A stretch of 63,788 nt of DNA, filler included, from Octopus bimaculoides (lineage: Eukaryota), in NCBI RefSeq assembly GCF_001194135.2. It is 8 parts of 8 records of this genome, joined end to end, with 100 filler letters (N's around TTAATTAATTAA, not from the genome) between each part and the next. Parts side by side here need not be neighbours in the genome. Positions count along the whole stretch, not along the records: positions 43,179 to 49,562 come from NC_068992.1; positions 49,663 to 57,705 come from NC_068988.1; positions 57,806 to 61,030 come from NC_068996.1; positions 61,131 to 62,517 come from NC_069008.1; 4 more parts are not named here. One strand, 5' to 3'. The notes under the pieces are model-generated. The model was not told the origin of the DNA, searched no databases, and saw only the letters and a list, made by a program, of their open reading frames with translations. A program made the position numbers and the translations under genes. This document shows, piece after piece, positions 48,529 to 61,629 of the stretch; the first letter of the stretch is position 1, and each line of letters starts with the position of its first letter.

Positions 48529-49563
48529 CCGACACCCCACCAAAACTACAAAGGTTTAAAGGATAAAAACTTCCAAGAGGAAAGACGACAGATGTCCCCA
48601 AGGAGAAAATTCACCAAAGACGTGCGCTCTTCAGAGATCATACGCAACGCAGCAGCTGAGCAAGAGTCTTTGTTGTGCATGGCACAAATGATTGTGCAGC
48701 GGCTGACGTGGCTACACCAAGCACGGACGAGGAACCTTGCCCACCACTGCGCAAGACCACCAGTCAACAGACATAGGATGGCCTCCCCTAACGCCTGCAC
48801 AGGCATCACGCCAATACTTTTACTAAATATTTGGGGCCTGTTGCATTATAACAATAAAAGCAAAATTTATTTCCTGAGAGACTTTGCTGCATGCAATCAA
48901 GCCCTATGCATAGCACTCATGGAAACTCTCCTCAGCCAGGGCTGAGGTGAGTTTCCAGGACGCAGAAGTACACGTACCAAAATATGCCATACTGCGAACA
49001 GACAGAAGGGAAAGGAGCCATGGTGGAGTTGCTGTATACATCCGTGACGACCTCACACCCCAGGTCTTACTGTCATACACAAATTCAGTATGAGACACCC
49101 TAATTGTATACACAAGACAGCATAATATAGTCATATGCAATACATATTGCCCACCGGATGCTCCAAATTTAAGGATTGCCTCACTAGAATTAAAGAAATC
49201 CTCATGAAACTGGAACACCATGTGACCATATTTCATATGGGTGATTTCAACTTCCCCAACATCAAATGGCCCGAAGGTCTCATACTCTCAGGAATGACTT
49301 ATCGCAAGCAAGCACAGGTGGAATGCCTGCTCAACCTCACCAATGCCCTATTCATGGAGCAAACTGTTCTCAGACCAACTAGAGCGAATAACATTCTAGA
49401 TCTGTGCTTCACGAACAATACAGACATCATTCATGATGTGAAAGTGACGCCAACATTAGTTTCGGATCACAACATAATAGAGCTGTCTATGTTTGGGCCA
49501 AAAGAAACCAGAGACATACAGCCTAAAGGAAGCACCCAAAATCTCTCCAATCTGAACTTCCAN
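48529..49563 (+). mobile_element. CR1-group LINE: ORF1 C-terminus and APE endonuclease of ORF2, pseudogenised, cut by gap
   Basis: ILLLNIWGL, ALMET, RTDRRERSHGGVAVYI, MGDFNFPNIKW, PTRANNILDLCFTN, SDHNII; stops at 48943 and near 49090 plus frameshifts. Confidence 0.88.
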
Positions 49564-49662
49564 NNNNNNNNNNNNNNNNNNNNNNNNNNNNNNNNNNNNN
49601 NNNNNNTTAATTAATTAANNNNNNNNNNNNNNNNNNNNNNNNNNNNNNNNNNNNNNNNNNNN

Positions 49663-49751
<89 letters not shown>

Positions 49752-50186
49752 ATATTAGTAACAGAGAGCGATGTGGTGGGTAGAGAACGACGACGAATAT
49801 TTAAATGGACTATCTCTTCTGGCATATTATGTGCAGTTCCTTTCTCAACATCGAATATGACTTGTAGTTTGCTGTTGAACATTGAAACATAGCATTATGT
49901 AGGTTTGATGGAAAGGTCATTGGGTGCGAAAGATAGAGGCTTGTCTAGAACCGTCACTCACATGCATATATGTATGTATGTTTGGATGCATGTAAAATAT
50001 ATGCGTCTCTCTCTACTTCTCTTTCCTTCTCTGCACACACACATATACACACACATCCATGCTATCGTAGATACACTTATTGTTCTGCAGAAATATTCTC
50101 TCTGCTGTCTTTTTCCCTTCTTAGACTTTTCTTTTTCATACTCAGGTCGTTGTCATCGATATATACACATATCGTAGAAATGTGTT

Positions 50187-50218
<32 letters not shown>

Positions 50219-50308
50219 TTATTCCATTTTTATATAATAATTCGTAGTATTTTTTTTGCCGGAAGTCCTGCATGTTCATTCTTCGAACTGTTGATCTCAG
50301 AAACTCAC

Positions 50309-50410
50309 TAACACCATTTTGCTTTCCTTCAATATATGATATCCAGTCTTTTATGAATTCTGTAAGCCAATATCTCTGGACGTGTTCGCTACAGTATCCT
50401 CAAGCATTAT
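50309..50410 (-). other. Candidate exon (102 bp): 5'UTR+ATG exon, or coding exon with in-frame TGA
   Basis: Long polypyrimidine acceptor tttgttttacaattttgtcccag| and donor |gtgagt. All three frames contain a stop. The exon ends in AAAATGGTGTTA (possible start M-V-L). Confidence 0.4.
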
Positions 50411-52369
50411 CTGGGACAAAATTGTAAAACAAAAAAGGGCCACTTTCATTTTATGGACAAGATTGTGTGTTTTAAGAATCTCGAAAACTATCTCAATCAC
50501 ATTTATTAGTTCTTCTGGAGACAATCACAAAATCAAGTCTTCTGTATGGCAAACATTATGTAACACACTATATTGATTAATTCAGTAAATCTTACTCAAC
50601 TTTTGCTAAGTCCTGTACGAGTAGAGTCTTGGAGTAGATGCGAGGTTCTGATTGCCAACGAGTGCGTTTCCATGTGGTCAGTGGGCCTTCAGGAAATAGC
50701 TAACACACTTCATTCATATTAACAAAATACTTTTTCGAAAAACGAAGATCATATTTATCTGCTGCTGGAAACTAAACTGGTTACGGTTAAAAAAGGTCTT
50801 TGATCGTACATCTACCCTATTAGGACTCACTGCAGAATGAACAACCAGCACCACAACCACCACCACCACCAGCACCACAACCACCACCACCAGCACAACA
50901 ACAACAACAACAACAACAATCCAAGTAGATTAGGATTGTTATTCTCCAGTTCTCTTCTGGCGTTAGAATCTCTGGAATATTTTTATATAGAAGTTATTCA
51001 AACTATTTCGAAGCATTTTTCGTTTTATTCAGTTCTGTTGGTAGTTCTTCACGAAGACATGTAATCCATACTTGATTTTTGTTTTCGGTTTGTTTATTTA
51101 TGTTTTTTGCCTTTTGTTTTTTAGTAATTTCATGGAGTTTTAATGCATCTGTTGTCATGGCTGCATTTATAGTCGCTGCTACAAATATTCATTAAATTCC
51201 CATTTAAGGATACAGTGGAATTAACGAACATCAAGTCGGCGATGGTTTCTTTTTCCTTTTATTTGGAATATTACCTCTTAACTGTTATATATTCCTACAA
51301 ATACACACATACATACGCTCGCACGCGCACACACGCACGCGCACACACACACACATACACACACACATACACACACACATATACACACATATTTAACAAT
51401 ATATGCGCACGGAAGAAAAAGTACTGACTATATGTTGTAGTTGCTAATGCAGACATTTAACAATTATAGAGTACAGTGTTACAACGCATAATTTGTCAAT
51501 CTTTAAAACATATTTTATATCTTTCGCCTTCTTTTCTTTCTTCCTTTCTGTTCAACTAATACATCTCCGTCCTTTAAATGCTCGTTTTTCATTCTTTACT
51601 CCTTATTACCAAATTTTCACACAGCATTAATTATTTTATGTTTCTGTAGGGTTAAGGCGACGAGCTGCATAATTGTTAGCACGTTGGACAAAATACCTAG
51701 CGATATTTCTTCCGACTCACTACATTCTTAGTTCTAATTCTGCCGGGATCCACTTTGCCTTTCATCCTTTCAGGGTCGATAAAAGAAAGTACCAGTCCAG
51801 CGCTAGGATCGCCGTAATCGACTTAACCCTATTCCCCTAAAATTATTGGCGTTGTTCCATAGATTTGAAACAAAATATTACAGTATGGTCGGAGAGCTTT
51901 GGATTGGCAGATATAATACTCAATTTAGAGAATTAGCGGGACACCACGTGGTATATATTCATGTCTGTATATAACCTGAGTACGAATTACAACAATCTCA
52001 TCCTTGATTTTAATCTTCCTGCAATCGATAGAATACATTGCCAGTTAAGTACTGGAGCCAACATAATGGACTACACTCCCACCATTCTTCAAATATGCCT
52101 TGTGAGAAATCATCATCGCTACTTCTAATATTACAACTACTACAAGGTGAGCGGGCAGTTGGTTGTTAGAGGCAACGGGCTGACCAAGGCAATCTATGTG
52201 ACTACGCGTGCGCTGAGGAACGCGTTTCTGAACGATGTTGAAACTCGACCACCGATGGTCAATACACTTCGAATAAGGAGATGGTGTATTGTTACACACG
52301 GACCCGTTTGTGGAGTCACAGGGAAGAGCTGGATGTCAATGGTCGACAGTTACCCTGAGAAGGAATATA

Positions 52370-52591
52370 GATACTTTTCTATTCTAGGCACAAGGCCCGA
52401 AATTTGGGGGGAAAGGGGCCAGTCGATTAGATCGACCCCAGTACGCAACTGGCACTTAATTTATCGACCCCGAAAGGATGAAAAGCAAAATCGACCTCGG
52501 CGGAATTTGAACTGAGGACGTAAAGACAGACGAAATACCGCCTTAGCATTTCGCCCGGTGTGCTAACATTTCTGCCAGTACGCAGCCTTAA
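52370..52591 (-). mobile_element. SINE family A standard copy with 13-bp TSD
   Basis: GAGAAGGAATATA at 52357-52369 and 52592-52604; other degraded copies near 13840, 20760, 24380, 27990, 38500, 51655. Confidence 0.9.
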
Positions 52592-52625
52592 GAGAAGGAA
52601 TATATAAAGAACTTCACATCTTATA

Positions 52626-52656
<31 letters not shown>

Positions 52657-53452
52657 TTGTGTATGTGTGTGTCCTGTCACATATAATATATCATATTATA
52701 TTATATACATACATACATACATACATACATACNNNNNNNNNNNNNNNNNNNNNNNNNNNNNNNNNNNNNNNNNNNNNNNNNNNNNNNNNNNNNNNNNNNN
52801 NNNNNNNNNNNNNNNNNNNNNNNNNNNNNNNNNNNNNNNATATATATATATATACTCTTATAATCATGTATACGTACAAATATACATTCATTCACACATA
52901 TACAAAGAAAACAACAAAAAACCTACATACTTGGCCATGCGCAAACACATTAACAAAAGACAAAAATTCAACTTTAAACGCATTGCTCCAGCATGGCTAT
53001 AACTGGGATGTCCAAAACTACCTAAGATGCTACTGTATTTTACTGTCGGCTTTCTTACCAACTCATGCTTTATTTGCCACACAAGTCAGTGTATTGAGGA
53101 TATGCGCAATTCGCCAAACCTGGCTTTCAATGTTTGGGGCAGAACCCCAGCGTGAAGTGTGTTAGAACGATCAAGACTGTGTTATTAATGAAACGTTTTA
53201 CACACATCTTTGTAGTGTGCCGCCATTACTGAAATATCCGGGCAATCATCATCAGCACGCGTGTGTACATGAATGTATGTTTGTGTTTATCTGTGTGTGT
53301 GTGTGCGTGTGTTTTTGTTTGTGTGCTTGTGTGTTTGTGATGTGTGTTTAATGTGAGCTAACAACTTACTTAAGGAGGCTAACAGGGACTCACTACAGGA
53401 CTAAATAATCAAATAAAGAGCACCACCCCGTGTGTGTGAATGTGTGTGTATC

Positions 53453-53491
<39 letters not shown>

Positions 53492-55465
53492 ATGTGTGTA
53501 TATGAATGTGTGTGTGTGTGCGCGCGCGCGCCTACAGAGAACTTGTACATAAGTCCATTGCTCTTTAGAATTTTACTAATAATCACCTACCGATCTACAT
53601 GAATATATATACTGACACACACGCACACAGATACACACACACACGCACACAAACACATATATACATATATATGCACACGCATACGTACATACACACATAT
53701 AGATATATAGACATATGTGTGTTTGTGTCTCTGTGCGTGTATGTGTGTAAAATGCTTGCTGAATATTATCGAAAATACACATAATGCATTTGTATTCTTA
53801 CTATATTTTGCAGTCATGATCACCAGGCCCTGCTTATATTAACATAATTTTTCCGTACCAGTGAGTGACAAGCAAAGCCTGAGACCGCGAAACAAATATT
53901 TGATAGGAAAGAACAGCGGACTCGCGGTCGGAGGATCGCGGTTTCGATTCCTAGACCGGGCGTTGTGTGTGTTNNNNNNNNNNNNNNNNNNNNNNNNNNN
54001 NNNNNNNNNNNNNNNNNNNNNNNNNNNNNNNNNNNNNNNNNNNNNNNNNNNNNNNNNNNNNNNNNNNNNNNNNNNNNNNNNNNNNNNNNNNNNNNNNNNN
54101 NNNNNNNNNNNNNNNNNNNNNNNNNNNNNNNNNNNNNNNNNNNNNNNNNNNNNNNNNNNNNNNNNNNNNNNNNNNNNNNNNNNNNNNNNNNNNNNNNNNN
54201 NNNNNNNNNNNNNNNNNNNNNNNNNNNNNNNNNNNNNNNNNNNNNNNNNNNNNNNNNNNNNNNNNNNNNNNNNNNNNNNNNNNNNNNNNNNNNNNNNNNN
54301 NNNNNNNNNNGTACGCTAGGTAAGTGTTGTAACGGATTACTAGGTGTCCAAGCTTATGGCTGAGACGGTAGTTATGGGGCCATTAAAGGTTTATATATAT
54401 ATATATATTTATATGTGTGTGTGTGCGCGCGTCTTTGTCTCTGTGTCTGTTCTCACACCACCGCTTGACGACCGGTGTTGGTGTGATTACGTTCTCATAA
54501 CTTAGCAGTTCTACAAAAGTGACTGGCTGAATAAGTAACAAGCTTTAAAAAAAAAAAAAAGTAATAAGTACTGGAGTCTATTAATTCGACTAAAATTCTT
54601 CAAGGCTCCAGCATGGCCATATTCCAATGACTGAAACAAATAAAAGAATAACAGACAAAACTTGACTGGAACGCATTTGATCCTAGGCCGGCTCATTTAG
54701 TTATGGCCTTGAGCTAAACTAGAAAACTACGGCCGTCACAGCTGCTACAGCTAAGACAGTATCTAATATCACCACCACAACCACCATCACCTCTACTGTC
54801 ACCATGAATTCCCACCTCACAACCCTCCCAAACCCCGAAAGCCACAGCTTATACAAACACCACCACTAGCAGTACTAGCACCGTAACCATAGCCACTGCC
54901 ACCTCGAAATACACCATCAACAAAATTATCACGGCGACCACCATAATTGACAACTCTTACCACTGCAGCAATAACCACTATCACTGCATTCACTTCCACC
55001 ACCACCAGCATTACTATAATACCACAAGAAGGGGCCCACCCGTACCATTCTCTCCATGCTCTTTGCCCGACTCGGCTGTTAGATTCATTAGCCTCTTTTG
55101 CAGAAACTAACCGTTCTAAATATGGGAGACGCAACCCTACAGTGTTCATGCATGCGTGTTTGTGTGTGAAAATGTAAAAGCGTGAGACTGTTGTGTGAGT
55201 AGAAGTCTCTCTGTATATTTCTCTGCGTGTGTGTATTTCTGTCTGTGTGTATTTCTGTGTGTGTGTGTGTGTGTGTATGAGTGTGTGTGCGTGTCCAAAA
55301 GAACGGTTTTCATTCCTCCAGTTGTTTATATGAAGCTGTTTGGGGCTTAGTTGTTACGGAGACGTTTGTAGCTGTTTGGGGGGTTCCCCTTTTCAATGTT
55401 TGTTTTGTATTCCGACTCGACATTAATCGTCATATATATATGTATATACTAATAACAAACAGGCA

Positions 55466-55535
<70 letters not shown>

Positions 55536-56998
55536 CCTTTACATGTGTGTGTGTGGTGTACGTATGTATATATGTTTACATACATCCGTTTATTTACATC
55601 TCCCAGCCCATAAGATGGTTGTGGTATTATGACTGGGCCTATTTTGGTTTCTTTATATAGGTAACGGCGAGAGTGAGGGGTCGCTACTCTTACCACTGCC
55701 GCCGCCACTACCACTACAACAAAAACAACAATAACAACATCAGCAAGGACCCACGTTAGAGCATCTATGTTCTCATCCGAGCTGCTAGAAATAGCAGTCA
55801 GATATTCTTCATATAACGCCCTAATATCTTAGAAAAAGAGACCTGTCATAAGATGGTAATGGATTCCCGGCACATGATATAAAGCGTGATGGTCACGGCA
55901 GTAATGACTTTAATGATAAGTCTCCTCGATTGGAACTGACAGGAGCTAAGTAATATACAGCAATGGCGACTATAGCAGAGACCATCAATTCGTATTTCTG
56001 TTACTATTTCCAGACAACTGCTTTTCTTTTCAACATTACATAAGCTATCTGTCCGTTTATTTGACTATTTGTCTCTTTAAATTCCATGATAATGCTTGTC
56101 TATTTTCGCTTGTGGTCTAAAGAAGGTCACAAGCGAGATGATGGACAAATAAGGAAAGAAGTGAAGGACCACACCACGCAGTAGGACGGGAAAATTACAG
56201 ATAGAAACAATTAACAGGACTCAAACTACTTCGTAGTTGAAGTCCTTTATGTGAAGTCGAAATATTGTCTTCTACTTAAAAATATTAAAAACGAAAATAT
56301 ATAAAATATGCAGAAAAACATGCATGGGATCTCCTATCTGCAAGATTGAAAGACTACGCGCACATGCACACACACACGCTCACACACTGATAAAAGAATA
56401 TTTACAAGACGTAAATTGGAATACATCTCGCTACACATAGCTTTTACTGTGGTGGAAAATGTGCACAATATTGAAAAACGTTATCTAACAGTTTAAATTC
56501 TATCAGTATGCAAAGACGTTCATACAAGGAAACTGATTTATTAAATATGGCGACTTTGACAGTCTGCCAGTCTGTCGGTCTGTTTGTCTGTCTGTCTGTC
56601 TGTCTGTATATCTGTCTGTCTATCTGTCTGTATGGATGGATGGATGGATGGATAGATGGATGTGTATGCATTTTTGTATGCACTCTATCATCGTTTCGAT
56701 GAATGAGGGTTCAGCGAGACACAGCTACACATTGTTCTGAGTTCAATGCTTTGCCGTTTCCTTAGGAGGCTACGAGATTCACATCTGCCCCATGTCAGTG
56801 AAAGACGACCAACCATCACCTTCCAGTAGCATCTTCTTCTCGTCTAAGTCGCATTTTCCCCTATCGTCTTGAGATTTATGAAGAAAGTGCCATGGTTTCG
56901 GTGCAGGTGTCTTGGTTTACCGAACAACCTGCACGATGAATATTCTTATAGTAGACATGGTTTGTGCAGAGAATATGTGTCTATGGTACACACGCACA

Positions 56999-57083
<85 letters not shown>

Positions 57084-57092
57084 GTTGTTATT

Positions 57093-57630
57093 GAGTGAGA
57101 GAACAGTACATGCCATCAAAAGGATATTGGAGTAAAATATACGAAGTCCAGTATACCCATCATGACTACCCGTTTGATAAGGATACACCAGGTACATGCA
57201 TCACAACCATATGTGCGAGATATGATGATTTCATATCAAGATAAACAGTACATGAGCTTGCAGGAGGGGCTCAGTTAGAATTTTCTTCAGGTCGAGTAGT
57301 CCGTCTCGTTCAAAAGGTCCCTGAATAAGGGTTATTTACACATGTTGGACGAAACACCCATGTTTCCAAAGGTGAATTATCCAAACTCCAAAGAATTCCT
57401 CTCAACTCTTGGCTATGATGCTCCCCAACTACTTCTACTCGTGATCAGAGATGCACATATCATCAGCCACTTGTTAAGGTTAAACAATTGACAAGCAAAT
57501 CTGTGGTACTGGGCAGAATATTTGCTGTAGCCCATCTTTTATAGCAAGACAAAACAATGTACATGATAACACTTCCAATCAATTAAGATCAGAAGTCATG
57601 AGAGCCACTGCCTGGTACTGCATCAGGGCA
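57093..57630. mobile_element. About 540-bp interspersed element embedded in an (AAT/ATT)n microsatellite
   Basis: Complex non-coding sequence with (att)n directly on both sides; no TIR or ORF seen. Confidence 0.5.
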
Positions 57631-57642
57631 TTTATTATTATT

Positions 57643-57674
<32 letters not shown>

Positions 57675-58083
57675 ACGCTAGACGAAATGCTTAGAGGTAT
57701 TTCATNNNNNNNNNNNNNNNNNNNNNNNNNNNNNNNNNNNNNNNNNNNNTTAATTAATTAANNNNNNNNNNNNNNNNNNNNNNNNNNNNNNNNNNNNNNN
57801 NNNNNTCACCCTTACAGTGCAGCATAAAAACTGTTTTCTTGTTTGCTTCACAACGAAGATGATGTGTAACAGGTGAGTAAAATATACTTTAGTAAATTTA
57901 GAAGCAAATATGAACCATTTTGTTGCACGGAGTTGGATTTGTTAAATGGAATTTCTATAATTATTGTGTTATTGAGTTGCGTTGCTGTTGATTTTTGTCG
58001 AAGGTTTCTTGGAAAAATTGTTATTTATTGTCACTGTTTTTGCGAAGCTGATTGTGGTTTCTCCCTGCGTGAGAAGACCAAAA

Positions 58084-59392
58084 ATGGCAGGCTGTAAAGC
58101 CAGCATTTCAGAGGAAGAAATGGAGAGAATCGTCGAGACTAAATTGGACGAGTCAGACGACGAGACAGGAAGCAATATAAGAAGTATTATAAGAAGAAGA
58201 ATCATAGACATACCAAGTTTAACAACAACCAAAAAAGAAACGAGTATGAATTTTGCTGCCGTTGCTGATGGAAAAACAAAGGAAATTAACTTAGAAAACC
58301 TTGGTAAACACGAAGAACTACTGACACGCGAAGGCTACGAGACAAGAGTTATTACTCCGAAGGAGATTGTAGAAAATGAAGAAAAGAAAACAATCATCTT
58401 TGAAACTTGGTGTGTGAAGCAAAAGAAACTAGATTTTGTGATCGAATGAGAAATCTAAAAATGCTTGAAGCCCATTTGGTCAAACATACGCTCCATAACA
58501 AGAGGGGAAAAAGTACGCCACAATTGAGGTGAGAATGGAGACGGAAGAATTAGCCCGTCTCCAGTCTGAGAGCCCCTTAAAAACGGGCAGAAGGACATCC
58601 AAAATAAACATAAAAGGTGTGCCACCAGAAGTCGACCCGGAGTGGCTGGTGGCAGCGGTGACGGATAAACTGGAAGATAAGATCTCCATCCTAGATGCGG
58701 AGGTAATGGAAACACGCAACTGGCTTGGCCAATCCATAAAAATTACCATTCAAGCGGAACAAGCCCTACTGGAAGAAATAACCGCGGTCATCTCGGTTGG
58801 TGAGACTCGTCTAGCAGTTATGGTGGAAGGTCGCCAGCCGAGATGCTTCCAGTGTGGCAAGAAAGGCCATATTAAACAAAACTGTAAAAAGGAGAAAGAG
58901 GAGCAAAAGAAGACACAACAAAGAGAGGCCCCCTCAGAAGACGAGGTGGAGACTGTGCAAAATACCACACCAATTCCTGAGGAAGGCTGGACAGTAAAAG
59001 AGCTTAAAAGAAAAATGAAACTAAGTATGACCAAGGAAGGAGATAAATTCAAACCTCAACCCCACAAGAAGGAAAAGCCGCCAAGCAGTAACAAAAAGGA
59101 AAAAGAAGACAACTGTTACATGGCGGTTCGAACCTCGAACCGCGACTTAATGAACAAGATTGCAGTGGATCACTTGGAACAGATAGAAAACGATTTCGAA
59201 GTAGATTTTAGAATATACAAAACGAGCAGAAAGACTTACAAAATTTACGCGAATAATTTTCGCAAGGACATTGGTCTTCCGAGACTAGACGTAGCTGAGA
59301 AAATATTCGAGGGCCTAACAGCTCCGACACCACGGGCCCGAGAAAAAGAAAGAGGAGGGTTCAACCCCTTCTCTCGACACCTAAGTAAGTAA
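58084..59392 (+). mobile_element. L1/Tx1-type LINE ORF1 (stop and frameshift near 58450-58520)
   Basis: YATIEVRMETEE, KINIKGVPPEVDPEWLVAAV, CCHC knuckle CFQCGKKGHIKQNC; a likely 5' UTR lies at about 57806-58083. Confidence 0.88.
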
Positions 59393-59413
59393 TTTTTTTT
59401 CATTTTCCTTTTA

Positions 59414-60495
59414 ATGGCAGTTCGCGTAGGATGTTTGAATGTGCGTGACATGACTTCGAGCTGGAAGCAAGGTCGTTTCCTTAACGACGTTACGTCACGT
59501 AGTTTAGATGTTATTGTGGCTACTGAAACTCGGTTAAAGGGGCCAAGAGATCTGCTCCCGCTTCTGGACGGCTACGAGAGATACGTCTCTCCGCACCGTC
59601 CGGGAGGCGGGAGTGGGGTGTTGGTCCTCCTCAAAAGAAACCGAGTTTCGGAGAAAAGGTTGGCTTTTGTGGATCCAGAAGGTAGGTTGGTCGTCTTGGA
59701 TCTGACATTCAGTTGTGGTAAAGAAATCAGGTTGGTGGCAGTATATGCACCCGATTATAGTTCGACTGATTATTTTCGAGATTTGGAGAAATTTCTGGGC
59801 ACGTCACGTCCCTTAGTTGTGTTAGGAGACTTTAATGCTATTCTCAACGCGCGAGTGGATAGTGTTGGCTCTGATTCTAGGACACCGAACCGTGGCTTCC
59901 GGGATCTACTAAGTCGCTTTCAGCTAGTAGATCCCTACAGACTAAAATTCCCGAACGCTCCACAGTGGACGTGGACAAATAGCGACGGGTCTATGAAGTC
60001 TTACATAGATAGGATCTTAATTAGAGAAATAGATAAAGATCTAGTTAAGTGTCCACAGTTGCATCTGGTCAGTTACAGTGATCACAAAATGATCACATGT
60101 AAACTGTACCTAGATAAGTTAAGTAGTAAAGGATCTGTCTACTGGAAACTTAAATCCCTTTTGGCTATTGAGGAGTACAGGAGTCGAATTAAGTTAATGA
60201 TACAGAGGGCATTAACTGGTACCACCATTAACAACAAATGATGGTACGCCCTCAAAAGAGCCATAAAATTTGAGTCTATTAGATATAGTACAGGTTTAGT
60301 GGCTATCTCAGGTGAAGGTGAAGAGACTGAAATTGAACCAGAACCTCGAAGCCAAGCACATGGGTTGCATCGCCAGAGCTAGACTTCGTGCGATGGGGAG
60401 CAAGAGTATCAGGGCCGCTGGATGGACATGAGTTGTGGAAACCCAACGTGGAAATGATTCTACAATCCGATCTGTGGTGAACTAGCAAGGTAATA
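59414..60495 (+). mobile_element. L1/Tx1-type LINE ORF2 APE endonuclease, degraded and truncated before RT
   Basis: VGCLNVR, VIVATETRL, LVAVYAP, VVLGDFNA, SYIDRIL, SDHKMI, YWKL. A broken continuation reads LEAKHMGCIARARL...TIRSVVN to about 60490. Confidence 0.9.
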
Positions 60496-60513
60496 CGGTT
60501 ATACATCATTAGA

Positions 60514-60897
60514 TGTATACCTGACTTTCCTATATAAAATTAAGATATAAACGGAACGCTGAACTCCGGACTATCAACTTAAACAACATTTATTCAGGTG
60601 GTAAATATATACATCTTTAGCTCTTGTTTGTTGTTACAGCTTCTGTGTGTGTGTGCATTGTTGTTGGGACGTTTGGTATGTAGGTGTAAGCGAGCTGTCG
60701 AGCGTAAGTTCGAAAGATGAAGAGAGACAGCTAAACACGTAAAGAGACTGTCTCCAGAGTTTGAATGTCGGAGACACTGCTTGACACGTCCATGCTCATG
60801 GCCGGCCGACCGAGAAAGAGATAGAATAGAAGCGGGAACGCTTGGTTGTTGAATTGCACGCATGTGTGAGACTACGCATGCGCACAGCGTTACTACA
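60514..60897 (-). mobile_element. Possible LTR (TG...CA, 384 bp) where the Tx1 ORF2 ends
   Basis: Minus strand TGTAGT...TATACA with AATAAA in the 3' part and purine-rich aagggag just upstream; no TSD seen. Confidence 0.3.
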
Positions 60898-61130
60898 GGG
60901 CTCCCTTGCCAGTGCGAAAACGCACGATAATATGAAATCTGTTAGAACGCCTGAGGCAGGATGGCCACTGAAAACCACCCACAAGATGTAGCACAAAACA
61001 CACACACAAAAAATGAAAGGAATGAAATGTNNNNNNNNNNNNNNNNNNNNNNNNNNNNNNNNNNNNNNNNNNNNTTAATTAATTAANNNNNNNNNNNNNN
61101 NNNNNNNNNNNNNNNNNNNNNNNNNNNNNN

Positions 61131-61166
<36 letters not shown>

Positions 61167-61205
61167 ATATATAGATAGATAGATATAGATATGTATGTAT
61201 ATATG

Positions 61206-61236
<31 letters not shown>

Positions 61237-61433
61237 TGTATATATATATATATACACAAACACACACACGTATATATTATTTACATATGTATGTATATAT
61301 ATACACATATACATATACATCTATATATATATATACATATGTATACATATGTATTTATATACATATATATGTATGCATATATGTCTGTATATATGCATAT
61401 ATATGTGTATGTGTTTGTGTGTATACATGTGTG

Positions 61434-61509
<76 letters not shown>

Positions 61510-61591
61510 CATATATATATATATATATGTATATACATACATACAGATATATATACACACACACACACACACAAACATATATATATATATA

Positions 61592-61629
<38 letters not shown>

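Noticed and set aside
54760-55177. Thr-rich ORF resembling a mucin
   Set aside because: It derives from degenerate (CAC/CAA)n repeats and has no splice or start support.
57675-57806. SINE-A fragment just before the second Tx1 5' end, as extra support for SINE targeting
   Set aside because: It is separated from the element by an artificial linker gap, so adjacency is not established.
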